Virus record (IMG/VR): IMGVR_UViG_3300027917_000005
Coordinates: 1-50,048 of that record
DNA length: 50,048 bases
Reading direction: 5' to 3' (one strand)
Source: a virus
Lineage: Duplodnaviria; Caudoviricetes
The notes beneath the pieces are model-generated. The model did not search any database. It was not told where the DNA came from and was given only the letters and a program-made list of their open reading frames with translations. The position numbers and the translations under genes are program-made. The number at the start of each line of letters is the position of its first letter. The stretch's first letter is position 1. Positions 1 to 8,600 of the stretch are shown piece after piece.

Positions 1-99
1 TCATTCAGCTCTGACCAGTCCGCCGAGAATAGCGAAGCCAGATCGTAGGATCCTGTCAGGCCGGACGGCAATGTAACCGTGGCCATGCCTGAGTCGGTG
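1..99 (+). repeat. Terminal direct repeat, left copy (probably assembly overlap)
   Basis: Identical to 49950-50048; lies inside a gene that reads through the junction. Confidence 0.95.
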
Positions 100-140
100 T
101 CCAACTTCCAACTTGCCTTCTGGGGGGTAGCCTCTGACAT
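1..140 (-). CDS. 5' part of a 142-aa early protein that spans the circular junction (continues in 49661-50048)
   Basis: ATG at 140 preceded by AAGGAGGTGA; reads MSEATPQKASWKLDTDSG in frame into MATVTLP of the 49661 ORF. Confidence 0.85.
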   Translation of the reverse strand, partial: MSEATPQKASWKLDTDSGMATVTLPSGLTGSYDLASLFSADWSELN

Positions 141-261
141 ATTATATCACCTCCTTTCTGCGATAGTCTTGGACTAGATGCCAGATGCCTGAGCAGGGGC
201 TTTTGAAAGGATCAAGATATTTATTGATGGAAGATTAATCAATCATCCAATTGTTGAAAAC

Positions 262-291
262 ATCTTACCATATCGTGGGTCGATTTGTCAA
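262..291 (-). promoter_or_regulatory. Leftward sigma70-type early promoter
   Basis: TTGACA-18 bp-TAAGAT with extended TG, upstream of the gene starting at 140. Confidence 0.6.
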
Positions 292-400
292 GTTTTCACT
301 ATTCATGCACCTTGACAAAGCACCAGACCCCCCTATGACCCCACTTGGGTCGTGATTGTTTATTGACTTAGACTCGTTCTACTCGAATGAAAATTTTAAG

Positions 401-421
401 AAACGTCAATTTTTGACACTT
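401..421. repeat. Dispersed palindromic site, copy 1 of 9
   Basis: AAACGTCAA-TTT-TTGACACTT. Confidence 0.9.
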
Positions 422-458
422 TGACTGAAAAAAAATGAGGGAGGATGTGAAATAACTC

Positions 459-487
459 TTGACATCTGGGGAAAGGTGTGGTATGAT
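459..487 (+). promoter_or_regulatory. Rightward sigma70-type promoter (TTGACATCTGGG class)
   Basis: TTGACA-17 bp-TATGAT with extended TG; AAGGAGGT RBS and ATG 523 downstream. Confidence 0.8.
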
Positions 488-522
488 AGGATAATGATGG
501 GTGTCCTGGTTAAGGAGGTGTT

Positions 523-984
523 ATGGGCAGACCGATGATTGATGTAGATGCTGAGACCCTGTATGATCTGGCTACGAAGGGACTGAACTTTAAAGAGCAG
601 GCGGAAGAGCTGGGGATTTCGGTTCCCACGCTCTCTAAGCGAATTGCAGACATTCAGTCGAAGCAGGGACTGCTGATGCAGTATAGGGTCTTGCAGAGTT
701 TACAGTTGACTGAGTTACAAGCTAGAGTATTAGAGGCTATTACCCCAGAGAAGATTGAGGAGGCTCCTCTGGGAGAGCTGGTAAAGGCGTACAAGATTTT
801 GAAGGACAAGGAACTTGTAGTCGAAGGCAAACCTAGTGATATTAAAGGGCTTGTTGGATTTCTGATTGAACTGGAAAAGGAAGAGGCAGCTTTGAATGCT
901 GAGGTCGTGACAGATGTGGAACATGAGGAGGTGACTAGAGTTTCTCGTGACTTACACAATTCTGAGTACGTGCCTAAATTATAG
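523..984 (+). CDS. HTH protein, putative terminase small subunit or late regulator
   Basis: N-terminal HTH (FKEQAEELGISVPTLSKRI) followed by helical region; first gene of the packaging/structural strand. Confidence 0.55.
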   Translation: MGRPMIDVDAETLYDLATKGLNFKEQAEELGISVPTLSKRIADIQSKQGLLMQYRVLQSLQLTELQARVLEAITPEKIEEAPLGELVKAYKILKDKELVVEGKPSDIKGLVGFLIELEKEEAALNAEVVTDVEHEEVTRVSRDLHNSEYVPKL

Positions 985-1011
985 GTTAGCTACAGAACTG
1001 ACTAGAGGTCT

Positions 1012-1050
1012 AGGGCTAGTAGAGTTATCTGCTGGCCCTTTTCTTTCTTC
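1012..1050 (+). terminator. Intrinsic terminator
   Basis: AGGGCTAGTAGA-GTTA-TCTGCTGGCCCT stem-loop followed by TTTCTTTCTT. Confidence 0.7.
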
Positions 1051-1134
1051 TTCCTGAGCGGGGGCTTTGGGGATCTGGAGCATGGTGGGGTCTGGGTAGC
1101 CGCAGCCCAGGCCTCACCTCCTAGGGGGCATCTT

Positions 1135-1287
1135 ATGAAGACACAGCTACAGCATCTGCTCCATCCTATGCATCTCTACTGTAGAGCAAATAGGTGTAAT
1201 TACTGGGTGTTCTATCTCTATGAAAGGACTCTCTGGGTGTTGATAAGGAGAATACTCCGTGGCAGACGAAATTCATGGCGTTACTAG
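1135..1287 (+). CDS. Small hypothetical protein, 50 aa (below ORF-track cutoff)
   Basis: MKTQLQHLLHPMHLYCRANRC...; AGGGGG upstream; fills the gap before 1259. Confidence 0.5.
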   Translation: MKTQLQHLLHPMHLYCRANRCNYWVFYLYERTLWVLIRRILRGRRNSWRY

Positions 1288-1723
1288 TGGGACTCTGTCA
1301 GCTTACTATGCAGCGCTGGCAGAAGTGGATAAGAAGAGGAAGGAGCAAGGGCTTGAACCCCTTGCCTCTAAGTATGCTATGGTCCAAGTGCCCTATGCTG
1401 TTGCTGGTAGGAGATACGGAGATCGCTTTGCAGTTCCTGGCGGGGGTCCCAGAGTGGTCCGTAGTGGAAGACTTACTACTGCTGGAGAAGAACCCTATGA
1501 TGTTGCAAGTCCTCGTAACAACCCATTGGTCTGGAGGAATCCTACCCTCTTATCTTCCCAAATACCTGATTACTCTCCACACTGGTATTTTGATATAAAG
1601 GCAGCAATGAGGGCTCACAGAAAGGCATTTAGGCCTTCATTCTCTGTAAGGCCTTCGTTTGCCATGCCTAGAGGAAGATGGAGTGGTGCTTCTGTGCGAA
1701 GGACAGGAGGTGTTAGCTTCTAA
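1259..1723 (+). CDS. Hypothetical protein with Arg-rich C-terminus
   Basis: GTG start after AAGGAG; stop overlaps next ATG. Confidence 0.65.
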   Translation: MADEIHGVTSGTLSAYYAALAEVDKKRKEQGLEPLASKYAMVQVPYAVAGRRYGDRFAVPGGGPRVVRSGRLTTAGEEPYDVASPRNNPLVWRNPTLLSSQIPDYSPHWYFDIKAAMRAHRKAFRPSFSVRPSFAMPRGRWSGASVRRTGGVSF

Positions 1724-1881
1724 TGCCTAAGTGGCTTCACGACAAACTAGCGAGAGCTGGCAGAAAGAGAGGCCTTAAGGGAGATGCTCTTAAGGGATAC
1801 ATCTATTCTGTCTTGAAAGACTATAAGCATAAGAAACCTAAGAAGAGTACTTCAAAGGGAAGGAGAGTAGCGAAGCCATGA
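1723..1881 (+). CDS. Small highly basic protein, 52 aa
   Basis: MPKWLHDKLARAGRKRGLKG...; AGGAGGT upstream; overlaps both neighbouring genes (TAATG, ATGA). Confidence 0.65.
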   Translation: MPKWLHDKLARAGRKRGLKGDALKGYIYSVLKDYKHKKPKKSTSKGRRVAKP

Positions 1882-2345
1882 AAAAGCTGATAGTTCTAAT
1901 TGTTATCCTTGGACTTTTACTGGTTCCAACTCTGTCTCCTGCTCAGATTGGCTGGGTAACTGCTAATCAGGCAACTGTACAGTGGGATGCAGTCACTGCT
2001 GATGTTGATGGAGACCCAATTCCTGCAGGAACTCATGTAGAGTATGAAGTGTGGCTGGTGAACAAAGTCACTGATCCTGGGAAGACTAATCCTGCTAAAG
2101 TAGCAACAACTACTGCTACTGAATTTACAATTACTCTTGGTGTAAAAGGGCAGTATTTGGTCGGGGTTTTAGCTGCGCACGTTGAAGATGGCACTAATGA
2201 AAAGCTTGCTGAGAGTACAATTGCCTGGTCAGACATCCCTGACGACTGTCAGGATATGAATGGAGATGGCACAGGAGACCCTTTCGGTATAAGGTTTTTC
2301 GCTGCCCTCCAAAAGACAAAGGTAGGCCCAAAACCTGCTCCGTGA
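1878..2345 (+). CDS. Secreted fibronectin-III/Ig-like protein
   Basis: Sec signal MKKLIVLIVILGLLLVPTLSPA; beta-sandwich pattern ATVQWDAV...YEVW...YLVGV. Confidence 0.6.
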   Translation: MKKLIVLIVILGLLLVPTLSPAQIGWVTANQATVQWDAVTADVDGDPIPAGTHVEYEVWLVNKVTDPGKTNPAKVATTTATEFTITLGVKGQYLVGVLAAHVEDGTNEKLAESTIAWSDIPDDCQDMNGDGTGDPFGIRFFAALQKTKVGPKPAP

Positions 2346-2352
2346 GAATAGA

Positions 2353-2547
2353 ATGGCTGAAGTAATTAATATAAATTATTCAAGGAGAAAAAGAAAGGAG
2401 GTAGATGATCACTCAGTGAATGCAGATAGAATTCTGCTCAGACTGTACCGAAGAGGAATTGATCAGATCTACTGCATGGATTGTATTAATCGCTGTGACA
2501 AAAGAGGAACAGCACATTGTTGGTGGAACTTTGTTAGTGTTAAGTGA
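2353..2547 (+). CDS. Small Cys-containing hypothetical protein
   Basis: CxxCxxxC...C pattern; in operon orientation. Confidence 0.5.
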   Translation: MAEVININYSRRKRKEVDDHSVNADRILLRLYRRGIDQIYCMDCINRCDKRGTAHCWWNFVSVK

Positions 2548-2568
2548 AAACGTCAAAAATTGACGTTT
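2548..2568. repeat. Dispersed palindromic site, copy 2 of 9
   Basis: AAACGTCAA-AAA-TTGACGTTT (perfect arms). Confidence 0.92.
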
Positions 2569-2586
2569 CTGACAAGGAGGTTAAGA

Positions 2587-3060
2587 ATGATCAGAGAGCC
2601 TGTTAAAATTGAGGGATTCAGCCGGGTTCAGATCGAGGAGAATGGCAAAATAGTTGGGGACTCCGGCTGGGTTGGACCAAACCAGATTACGAACCTTGGG
2701 TATCTGAACTATCTGGTGAATCTGCTTGGTGCAGGTGCTGGTTCTAAGTATGTGAGCTATGTAGCTCTGGGTACTGGAACTGCACCCAATGCTACCCATA
2801 CCACTCTTGACGGAGAGATCATGGATAGCACTCAGCGGAAGTCAGTAACATTTGCCAGTAATGGCAGTACGACTGCTGAGTTCACTGCAACCTTTGCCAG
2901 TTCAGATAACTTCCTAACTGCTGCAGCTAACCTGAGCAACATTGGGCTGTTTGCAGCTACAACAACCAACGACACCTTGTTTGCTGGGAATACTTACACC
3001 TCGAGTTCCTGTGATACGAACCAGAATGTCAATGTGACATATCAGATTAGGTTCTCCTAA
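2587..3060 (+). CDS. Putative structural protein (fibre base/attachment-like)
   Basis: ATG after AAGGAGGT; NQITNLG...VALGTG...LDGE...IGLF pattern resembles phage fibre-base proteins. Confidence 0.5.
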   Translation: MIREPVKIEGFSRVQIEENGKIVGDSGWVGPNQITNLGYLNYLVNLLGAGAGSKYVSYVALGTGTAPNATHTTLDGEIMDSTQRKSVTFASNGSTTAEFTATFASSDNFLTAAANLSNIGLFAATTTNDTLFAGNTYTSSSCDTNQNVNVTYQIRFS

Positions 3061-3071
3061 GGAGGTTATTT

Positions 3072-3719
3072 ATGCAAGTAGATGATTTGAGTCAGTCCCA
3101 AGGAATCCTTATTGATTTAGGCTGCGGAGAGAATAAGCAGAAGGGATTCGTGGGAATTGATGCCAGAGATGTTGAGGGAGTAGATATTGTCCATGACTTG
3201 GAAGTATTTCCCTGGCCTTTGCACGATGAGTGTGCATTGACTGTGATTGCAAGTCATCTTATTGAACACATAAAGCCCTGGCTCTCTATTCAGTTTATGG
3301 ATGAAATATGGAGAGTTTTGAAGATGGGAGGAGATGTAGCATTGTCCACTCCGTATGCAGGGAGTGCTGGGTATTGGCAAGACCCTACTCATTGCAATGG
3401 CTGGACACAGGCCAGTTTCCAGTATTTTGATCCTAGGTATCCGTTATACCAGATATATAAACCAAAACCTTTCTTGATTAGGAAGGGATATCCGGTCTGG
3501 CAAGCAGCAGGAAATATGGAGATTGTTCTCACAAAGATTGCTGAGGACACAGTTGATCATTGGAGAGAGAAAGGGTTTACTATTATCCCTGAATCTGCTG
3601 ATGAGGCCACTGAGGAAGTCATTGCTAAGGAAATTACAAAGTCTGCTCCAGACCTTGGGATTTGTGTATCTGATGAAATTAAGATAACGGATAAGATGGG
3701 AGGTGGTAAAAATGGCTGA
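3072..3719 (+). CDS. Class I SAM-dependent methyltransferase (Methyltransf_11-like)
   Basis: IDLGCG motif I, SHLIEH, EIWRVLKMGG, DPTH. Confidence 0.85.
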   Translation: MQVDDLSQSQGILIDLGCGENKQKGFVGIDARDVEGVDIVHDLEVFPWPLHDECALTVIASHLIEHIKPWLSIQFMDEIWRVLKMGGDVALSTPYAGSAGYWQDPTHCNGWTQASFQYFDPRYPLYQIYKPKPFLIRKGYPVWQAAGNMEIVLTKIAEDTVDHWREKGFTIIPESADEATEEVIAKEITKSAPDLGICVSDEIKITDKMGGGKNG

Positions 3720-4665
3720 TACTCCGATCCCTAAGGCTGAGGAAACCAAACGGCTCCAAGATGGGTACAGAGCTGGGGTTGAAGTAATTTCTAAGAACAC
3801 TCCACCTACCAGTAGAATTATGGTGGGGATTCCAATGACTGGATTGTTGCGGTCTGAGTGGGTATTGGCTCGATATGGGCAGGTGATTCCTTGCAACTGG
3901 AGCCAACTTGATGCCATTCAGTGGTTAGACCAAACCAGCCCGATTGACTTCATGGTGGCGGACGCCAGGAATATTGTTGTACAGCAATTTATTGAGCACG
4001 GCTACGACTGGTTGTTCTTCTTAGATCATGATGTAGTCATTCCTCCGGATACTGTCCTGAGGCTCAATCAGCGGATGCTGGAAGCAACTGTTCCTGTTTG
4101 GAGTGGGCTGTATTTTACAAAGTCTAGGCCCTCAGAGCCTTTGATCTATCGAGGTAGAGGTACAGGATACTATGCTAACTGGAAGTTTGGAGATGAGGTG
4201 TGGGTAGATGGTATCCCAATGGGCTGTACTATGATTCACAGGTCTATCCTGAAAGTCATGTGGGATGAATCTGAGCAGTATAGCGTTGTCCCTGGAAGGG
4301 TCGTAAGAAGGGTGTTCGAGACTCCAGCTAAGGTCTGGTGGGACCCTGAGAAGAGATACTGGTGGACTATGACTGGTACTGAGGATCTGGCATGGTGTAC
4401 AAGGATCATGAATGAAGGGATATTTGGGAAAGCTGGATGGCCACAGTATGAAGGAAAGGAATACCCTTTCATGGTAGATACTGAGATATTCTGTCGTCAT
4501 ATTGACTTTGATGGAATACAGTACCCCGCTGCTTTGGAGCAAGTTCAGTTCATTCCTGACAAGGAGGAAGACAATGAACGTAAGAAAGGGACTATATTTG
4601 ATCCCCGCTTTGGTGTTCGTCCTGCTACAGTGCGCTCATCTCCAGACTCACCAGGGAAAGTGTGA
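3712..4665 (+). CDS. GT-A fold glycosyltransferase (GT2-like)
   Basis: VGIP, ARN, FFLDHD (DxD), GCTMIHR, TED motifs; ATG after GGAGGT. Confidence 0.8.
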   Translation: MADTPIPKAEETKRLQDGYRAGVEVISKNTPPTSRIMVGIPMTGLLRSEWVLARYGQVIPCNWSQLDAIQWLDQTSPIDFMVADARNIVVQQFIEHGYDWLFFLDHDVVIPPDTVLRLNQRMLEATVPVWSGLYFTKSRPSEPLIYRGRGTGYYANWKFGDEVWVDGIPMGCTMIHRSILKVMWDESEQYSVVPGRVVRRVFETPAKVWWDPEKRYWWTMTGTEDLAWCTRIMNEGIFGKAGWPQYEGKEYPFMVDTEIFCRHIDFDGIQYPAALEQVQFIPDKEEDNERKKGTIFDPRFGVRPATVRSSPDSPGKV

Positions 4666-4900
4666 CGAGGCACTGAAGAAGTACAACAATGCTATGGCAA
4701 CGTACAGGACTTATTACCCTGTCCAAACTCCGGAGACTCAAGCTAAATGGAAGCAGGATATTGCTCCTAAACTTGATACAATGAGTAAAGCTGTTGATCT
4801 CTGTCCACAGGATGTCACTGGCTATGACTCAACTATGCTGCTGTATGGAGAGGTAGAGAAGCTGCTTCTTCAGTATAGTATAAAGATGCAAGGAGGGTAA
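4574..4900 (+). CDS. Putative lipoprotein (possibly spanin-like)
   Basis: MNVRKGLYLIPALVFVLLQC lipobox-like signal; AAGGAGG RBS. Confidence 0.55.
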   Translation: MNVRKGLYLIPALVFVLLQCAHLQTHQGKCDEALKKYNNAMATYRTYYPVQTPETQAKWKQDIAPKLDTMSKAVDLCPQDVTGYDSTMLLYGEVEKLLLQYSIKMQGG

Positions 4901-4901
4901 T

Positions 4902-5090
4902 ATGGACTTGGTACTAACTCCAGAACTTATTCTGGCACTCTCATTTGCAGTGAGAGATATGATTGGAAGTCTCCTCCAGGATCTTTCAGCTATGACACCC
5001 GAGGAGAGAGAGGCTTGGAGAACACGCCAGTTGATCAAGAAGGCTGAGCACGATGCCTGGCTAGAGCAGCATCTGAGAGGAGGAGATTAA
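4902..5090 (+). CDS. Small hypothetical protein with hydrophobic N-terminus
   Basis: AGGAGGG RBS; coupled to neighbours. Confidence 0.6.
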   Translation: MDLVLTPELILALSFAVRDMIGSLLQDLSAMTPEEREAWRTRQLIKKAEHDAWLEQHLRGGD

Positions 5091-5365
5091 TGGAAATATC
5101 CTTTGGTGGATATGCTATGCCCTTGGTTCTGTCACTGATTCTAGCATTTGCTTATAAACTGACTGGAGAAGCAATAAGTGACAGATGGAAGGCCCTTATC
5201 TCTGTAGCTGCGGGACTACTTCTTGGCAATCTTGGAATAGCCTATAATGGAATGGAGTGGACTATTCAGAATGTAGTAGACTTCAACATCTATGGCTTTG
5301 CGGTTGGGTTATCAGCTATTGGCCTGTATGAGCTGCAGAGAACAGTAACAAACCCGAGGGGCTAG
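5090..5365 (+). CDS. Putative holin
   Basis: 91 aa with three hydrophobic helices and GLSAIGLYE C-terminal pattern. Confidence 0.6.
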   Translation: MEISFGGYAMPLVLSLILAFAYKLTGEAISDRWKALISVAAGLLLGNLGIAYNGMEWTIQNVVDFNIYGFAVGLSAIGLYELQRTVTNPRG

Positions 5366-5366
5366 G

Positions 5367-5666
5367 ATGAAAGTTGTCCTTGATGGAATAAAGATGCTGG
5401 CACTTCAGGATATTGACGGCATCTGGTGGAAGGTTGTTCAAGACTGTGTTCACTGTATGGAGTGCTGTTTGGATAAAGGGGTTATGTGGCCATTTGCTGA
5501 TAGCGAAGGCAGATGCAAGTACATAGATGAGGATACTAAGCTCTGCTCATTAAAGTCAGAGAGGCCACTTAGTTGCTGCCTTAATCATCCAACTGCTAAA
5601 GATGAGTACTGCAAAGTAGTTCTAAGAAGGATGAGTATAGTCGAGAAATGGGAACTTATTACTTAA
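5367..5666 (+). CDS. CxxCxxCC (YkgJ-like) metal/Fe-S cluster protein
   Basis: CVHCMECC...CKYI...LCSLKSERPLSC. Confidence 0.7.
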   Translation: MKVVLDGIKMLALQDIDGIWWKVVQDCVHCMECCLDKGVMWPFADSEGRCKYIDEDTKLCSLKSERPLSCCLNHPTAKDEYCKVVLRRMSIVEKWELIT

Positions 5667-8600
5667 ATACTCTTGGAACTGATGGGACTTATAATGCCCA
5701 TGTAAGTGCTGATCTGAGCACTCCGGCTAAGCATGCCAGCTCCCCGGACCTCACTGATTGGGCTAAGGGTAATAAGATTTGGATTGGTATCAAGCTTAGT
5801 TGTAATAACTGTACCAAGAATCCAATTGCTGAAACTCTATATCTCGAAGTCAGGAAGGACGGTGGAAGCTGGCTTAGCTTAGCTCTATCTGATTTAGCTC
5901 CTCCAGGCAGTGGACAGATGCAGTACACTGATATGACTCCGCCTAATTCTGCTTGGTGGACAGCAAATGATACTGGTCTGTGTGGCACTAACAAAGCTGA
6001 TGGAGGAGCAACAGATACTGGAGATTCTGTTGTAATTGATGTTACGACTGATGAGAAGGCAGAGGCTTGGTGGGCAATAGACTTTGCAGGTGCTGCTGAT
6101 TCCAGTCTGTATGAATTTGGCTTCTATGATGCAAGTGGAAACCATGGTTCTGCTGGAAGCCCCACTGTCCTTGATGTCTCTGTTACAATGGCAGAGGGCG
6201 CGGTTGACAGAAACATTAACATTGATGATGAAGAAGCTACCATTGTAGTGACTGATGTCCCATCTGTTGCTCTCCCCGATGCCTTAGAAATTTCTGTCCA
6301 AGAGCCTCTAATTACAGTTGCTGATGAAGAGACTGTTAGAGTTCATAGTGATATAAGTGTCTTTGAGACTGCTATAACTGTTCAGGAAGATGTGACAGTA
6401 TCCCTTCCAGATCCTCTGGAAATTACTGTTCAGGAAGCATTAATTTCTGTCTTAGAGGATGCAACTGTAGAACTCCCTGATTCCTTAGAAGCATCTGTCT
6501 TTGATTCCGCAGGTGTCACTTCAGTATTAGATGATATCTTGGTCTATCAAGAAAATCTAGAAATCAACATCTCAGAACCCCTCATTACAACTACCGATGT
6601 TCCAACAGCAGAGCTTCCAGATGATCTGGTCATTGCTATTGCAGAGGGACTCATTACAGTCACTGACGTTCCTACTGCTCGATTACCAGATGATCTTGAG
6701 GTCTCTATTGCTGAGGCAGCTATTACGGTTGCTGATATTGTAGATGATATTGTTGTAGAAGCTGCAGAAGAAGAAGCTCTTAGCATTGATGTCTACGATG
6801 AAGTGACAGTAACTGACACAGTAGATCATATTGGTCTGTCTGGTAAGTGGTGGACTACCTTCTCTGAATATTCGCTTGGAGTTCCTGGGGATTGGACTGA
6901 ACGCTGGAACTTGGATGGTGCTAACAGTGAGATTGTTGCCAGTACTGATAAGATGAGTGATAAGGAATTGCTTGTTGATTTGGTTGGTGGTGATGATACA
7001 GGCATATCCTGGGATGCTGTTGGAAATCCTAGAAATGTGGAACTCCTTATACTATTCAGAATGATAAATAACAATAGTCACTGCACAACTATAAGAGGCA
7101 GTGGAGATGAGGGTTCTGAGAATTGTTACTATGTTTATGGTTCTGCTTCAATGAACCAGCTGTATCTAAGGAAGAAGGTTGCTGGTGTTGATGGTGGTTT
7201 AGATTCTACTGCAAAGAGCCAGTCTGTAGGAGGTGTGTATTGGCTGCGATTCCAAGCTCTGGGTAACCAGATTAAGGCTAGAATGTGGGGTTGGAGTGCT
7301 GCTGAACCTGATACATGGGATTTGGAATCTACAAACTCTGAAGTAACAGAGGGCTGGGTTGGTGTACATGAGCGGGGAACAGGTGATGCTGGAGCACTAT
7401 TCTTCAGTGTTGGTACTTATGGTGAATCTCCAATTGAGCATCCTCTGATCTTTGAATCAGATACTACCACAGTTACTGATGTTGTTGATAATATAGAAGT
7501 TGTGGAAGTTGCAGAAGATTATAGTATCAACGTCTATGATGAAGTAACTGTTACTGATGTAGTCTACTGTCTAGATGTAGAGTATCATTATTGGACAGAC
7601 TTTAGTGAGTACTCTCTTGGTGTGAAGCCTTCCGGCTGGACTATAGATGTAGGAGGCACATATGATGTAACTGCAGGAGTAAAAACTTTAGGTGGTAAGT
7701 ATGTTGATAATGATGGAACACTTACTCCTGGTATCTTATATCCAAATAATGCTCCTGAAGTGGTAGATGCTGAGATATTAGTCTTAGTAAATGTTGATAA
7801 TGCTGGCTCAGTTTTTCAAGGCCTGGTAGCCATACGGTGGCAGGTAGTAGGTAACAAAGGCTATGGGTTGATCAGGGTTATAACTGATTCAGTAGCCATG
7901 TACTATCTTGATGGTAGTGCTGCACCTGACCTTATAAATCAGGGCAACCAGAACATGAACACTACAGCTCAGTATTGGGTCAGATTTCGTCTGGAAGGAT
8001 CAACACTGAAGAGCAAGGTTTGGCTGAAAGGCAGTACTGAACCTGGAAGCTGGGGTACTACTGATACTGACAGTACAATTACTACTAAGGGCCGCTGTGG
8101 ACTATGTGGCTATTCGGAACGATCAGAGATTGATTATTTTTCAATAGCTACTGCTGGAGGAACTGCAAAATTTCCTCCATTTATGAGTGTCTATGATGAA
8201 ACAACTGTAACAGAAGATGTTACGACAGAGGTTCTTGATGCAGGTCTTAGCATAGATGTCTTTGACAGTGTAACAGTAACTGATGTTGTAGATGACATTG
8301 GTGCATCTGAATTCTTTTATACCTCTTTTGAAGAGTATAGCCTTGGGACTCCACCAGATTGGACTGAGAGGTGGCACGTTGATATGGCAACTCCATCTAT
8401 ACAGTCTGGTGGACTTCTGATGGGTCAAATGCTTAGACTTACTCATGATGCTTCACAGAGGTATGAACTCAGCTGGGATGCTCCAGGTACTCCAGTAGAT
8501 GCTGAAGTGCTTTATCTTTGCGAGCCACAAGGTGATGACAGTATGCGTCTCCTTTTGCGTGGTTCTGGTGATGATACTAGCGAAACTGGGTATTACGTTT

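Noticed and set aside
2545-2568. TGA of ORF 2353 followed by a hairpin and in frame with the next gene (second Sec readthrough?)
   Set aside because: The hairpin is just the dispersed DNA palindrome, there is no Cys-motif context, and the next gene has its own RBS and ATG at 2587
3025-3041. ATGTCA-ATG-TGACAT as a tenth palindrome copy
   Set aside because: Spacer is 2 bp too short, flanks do not match, and it lies in coding sequence
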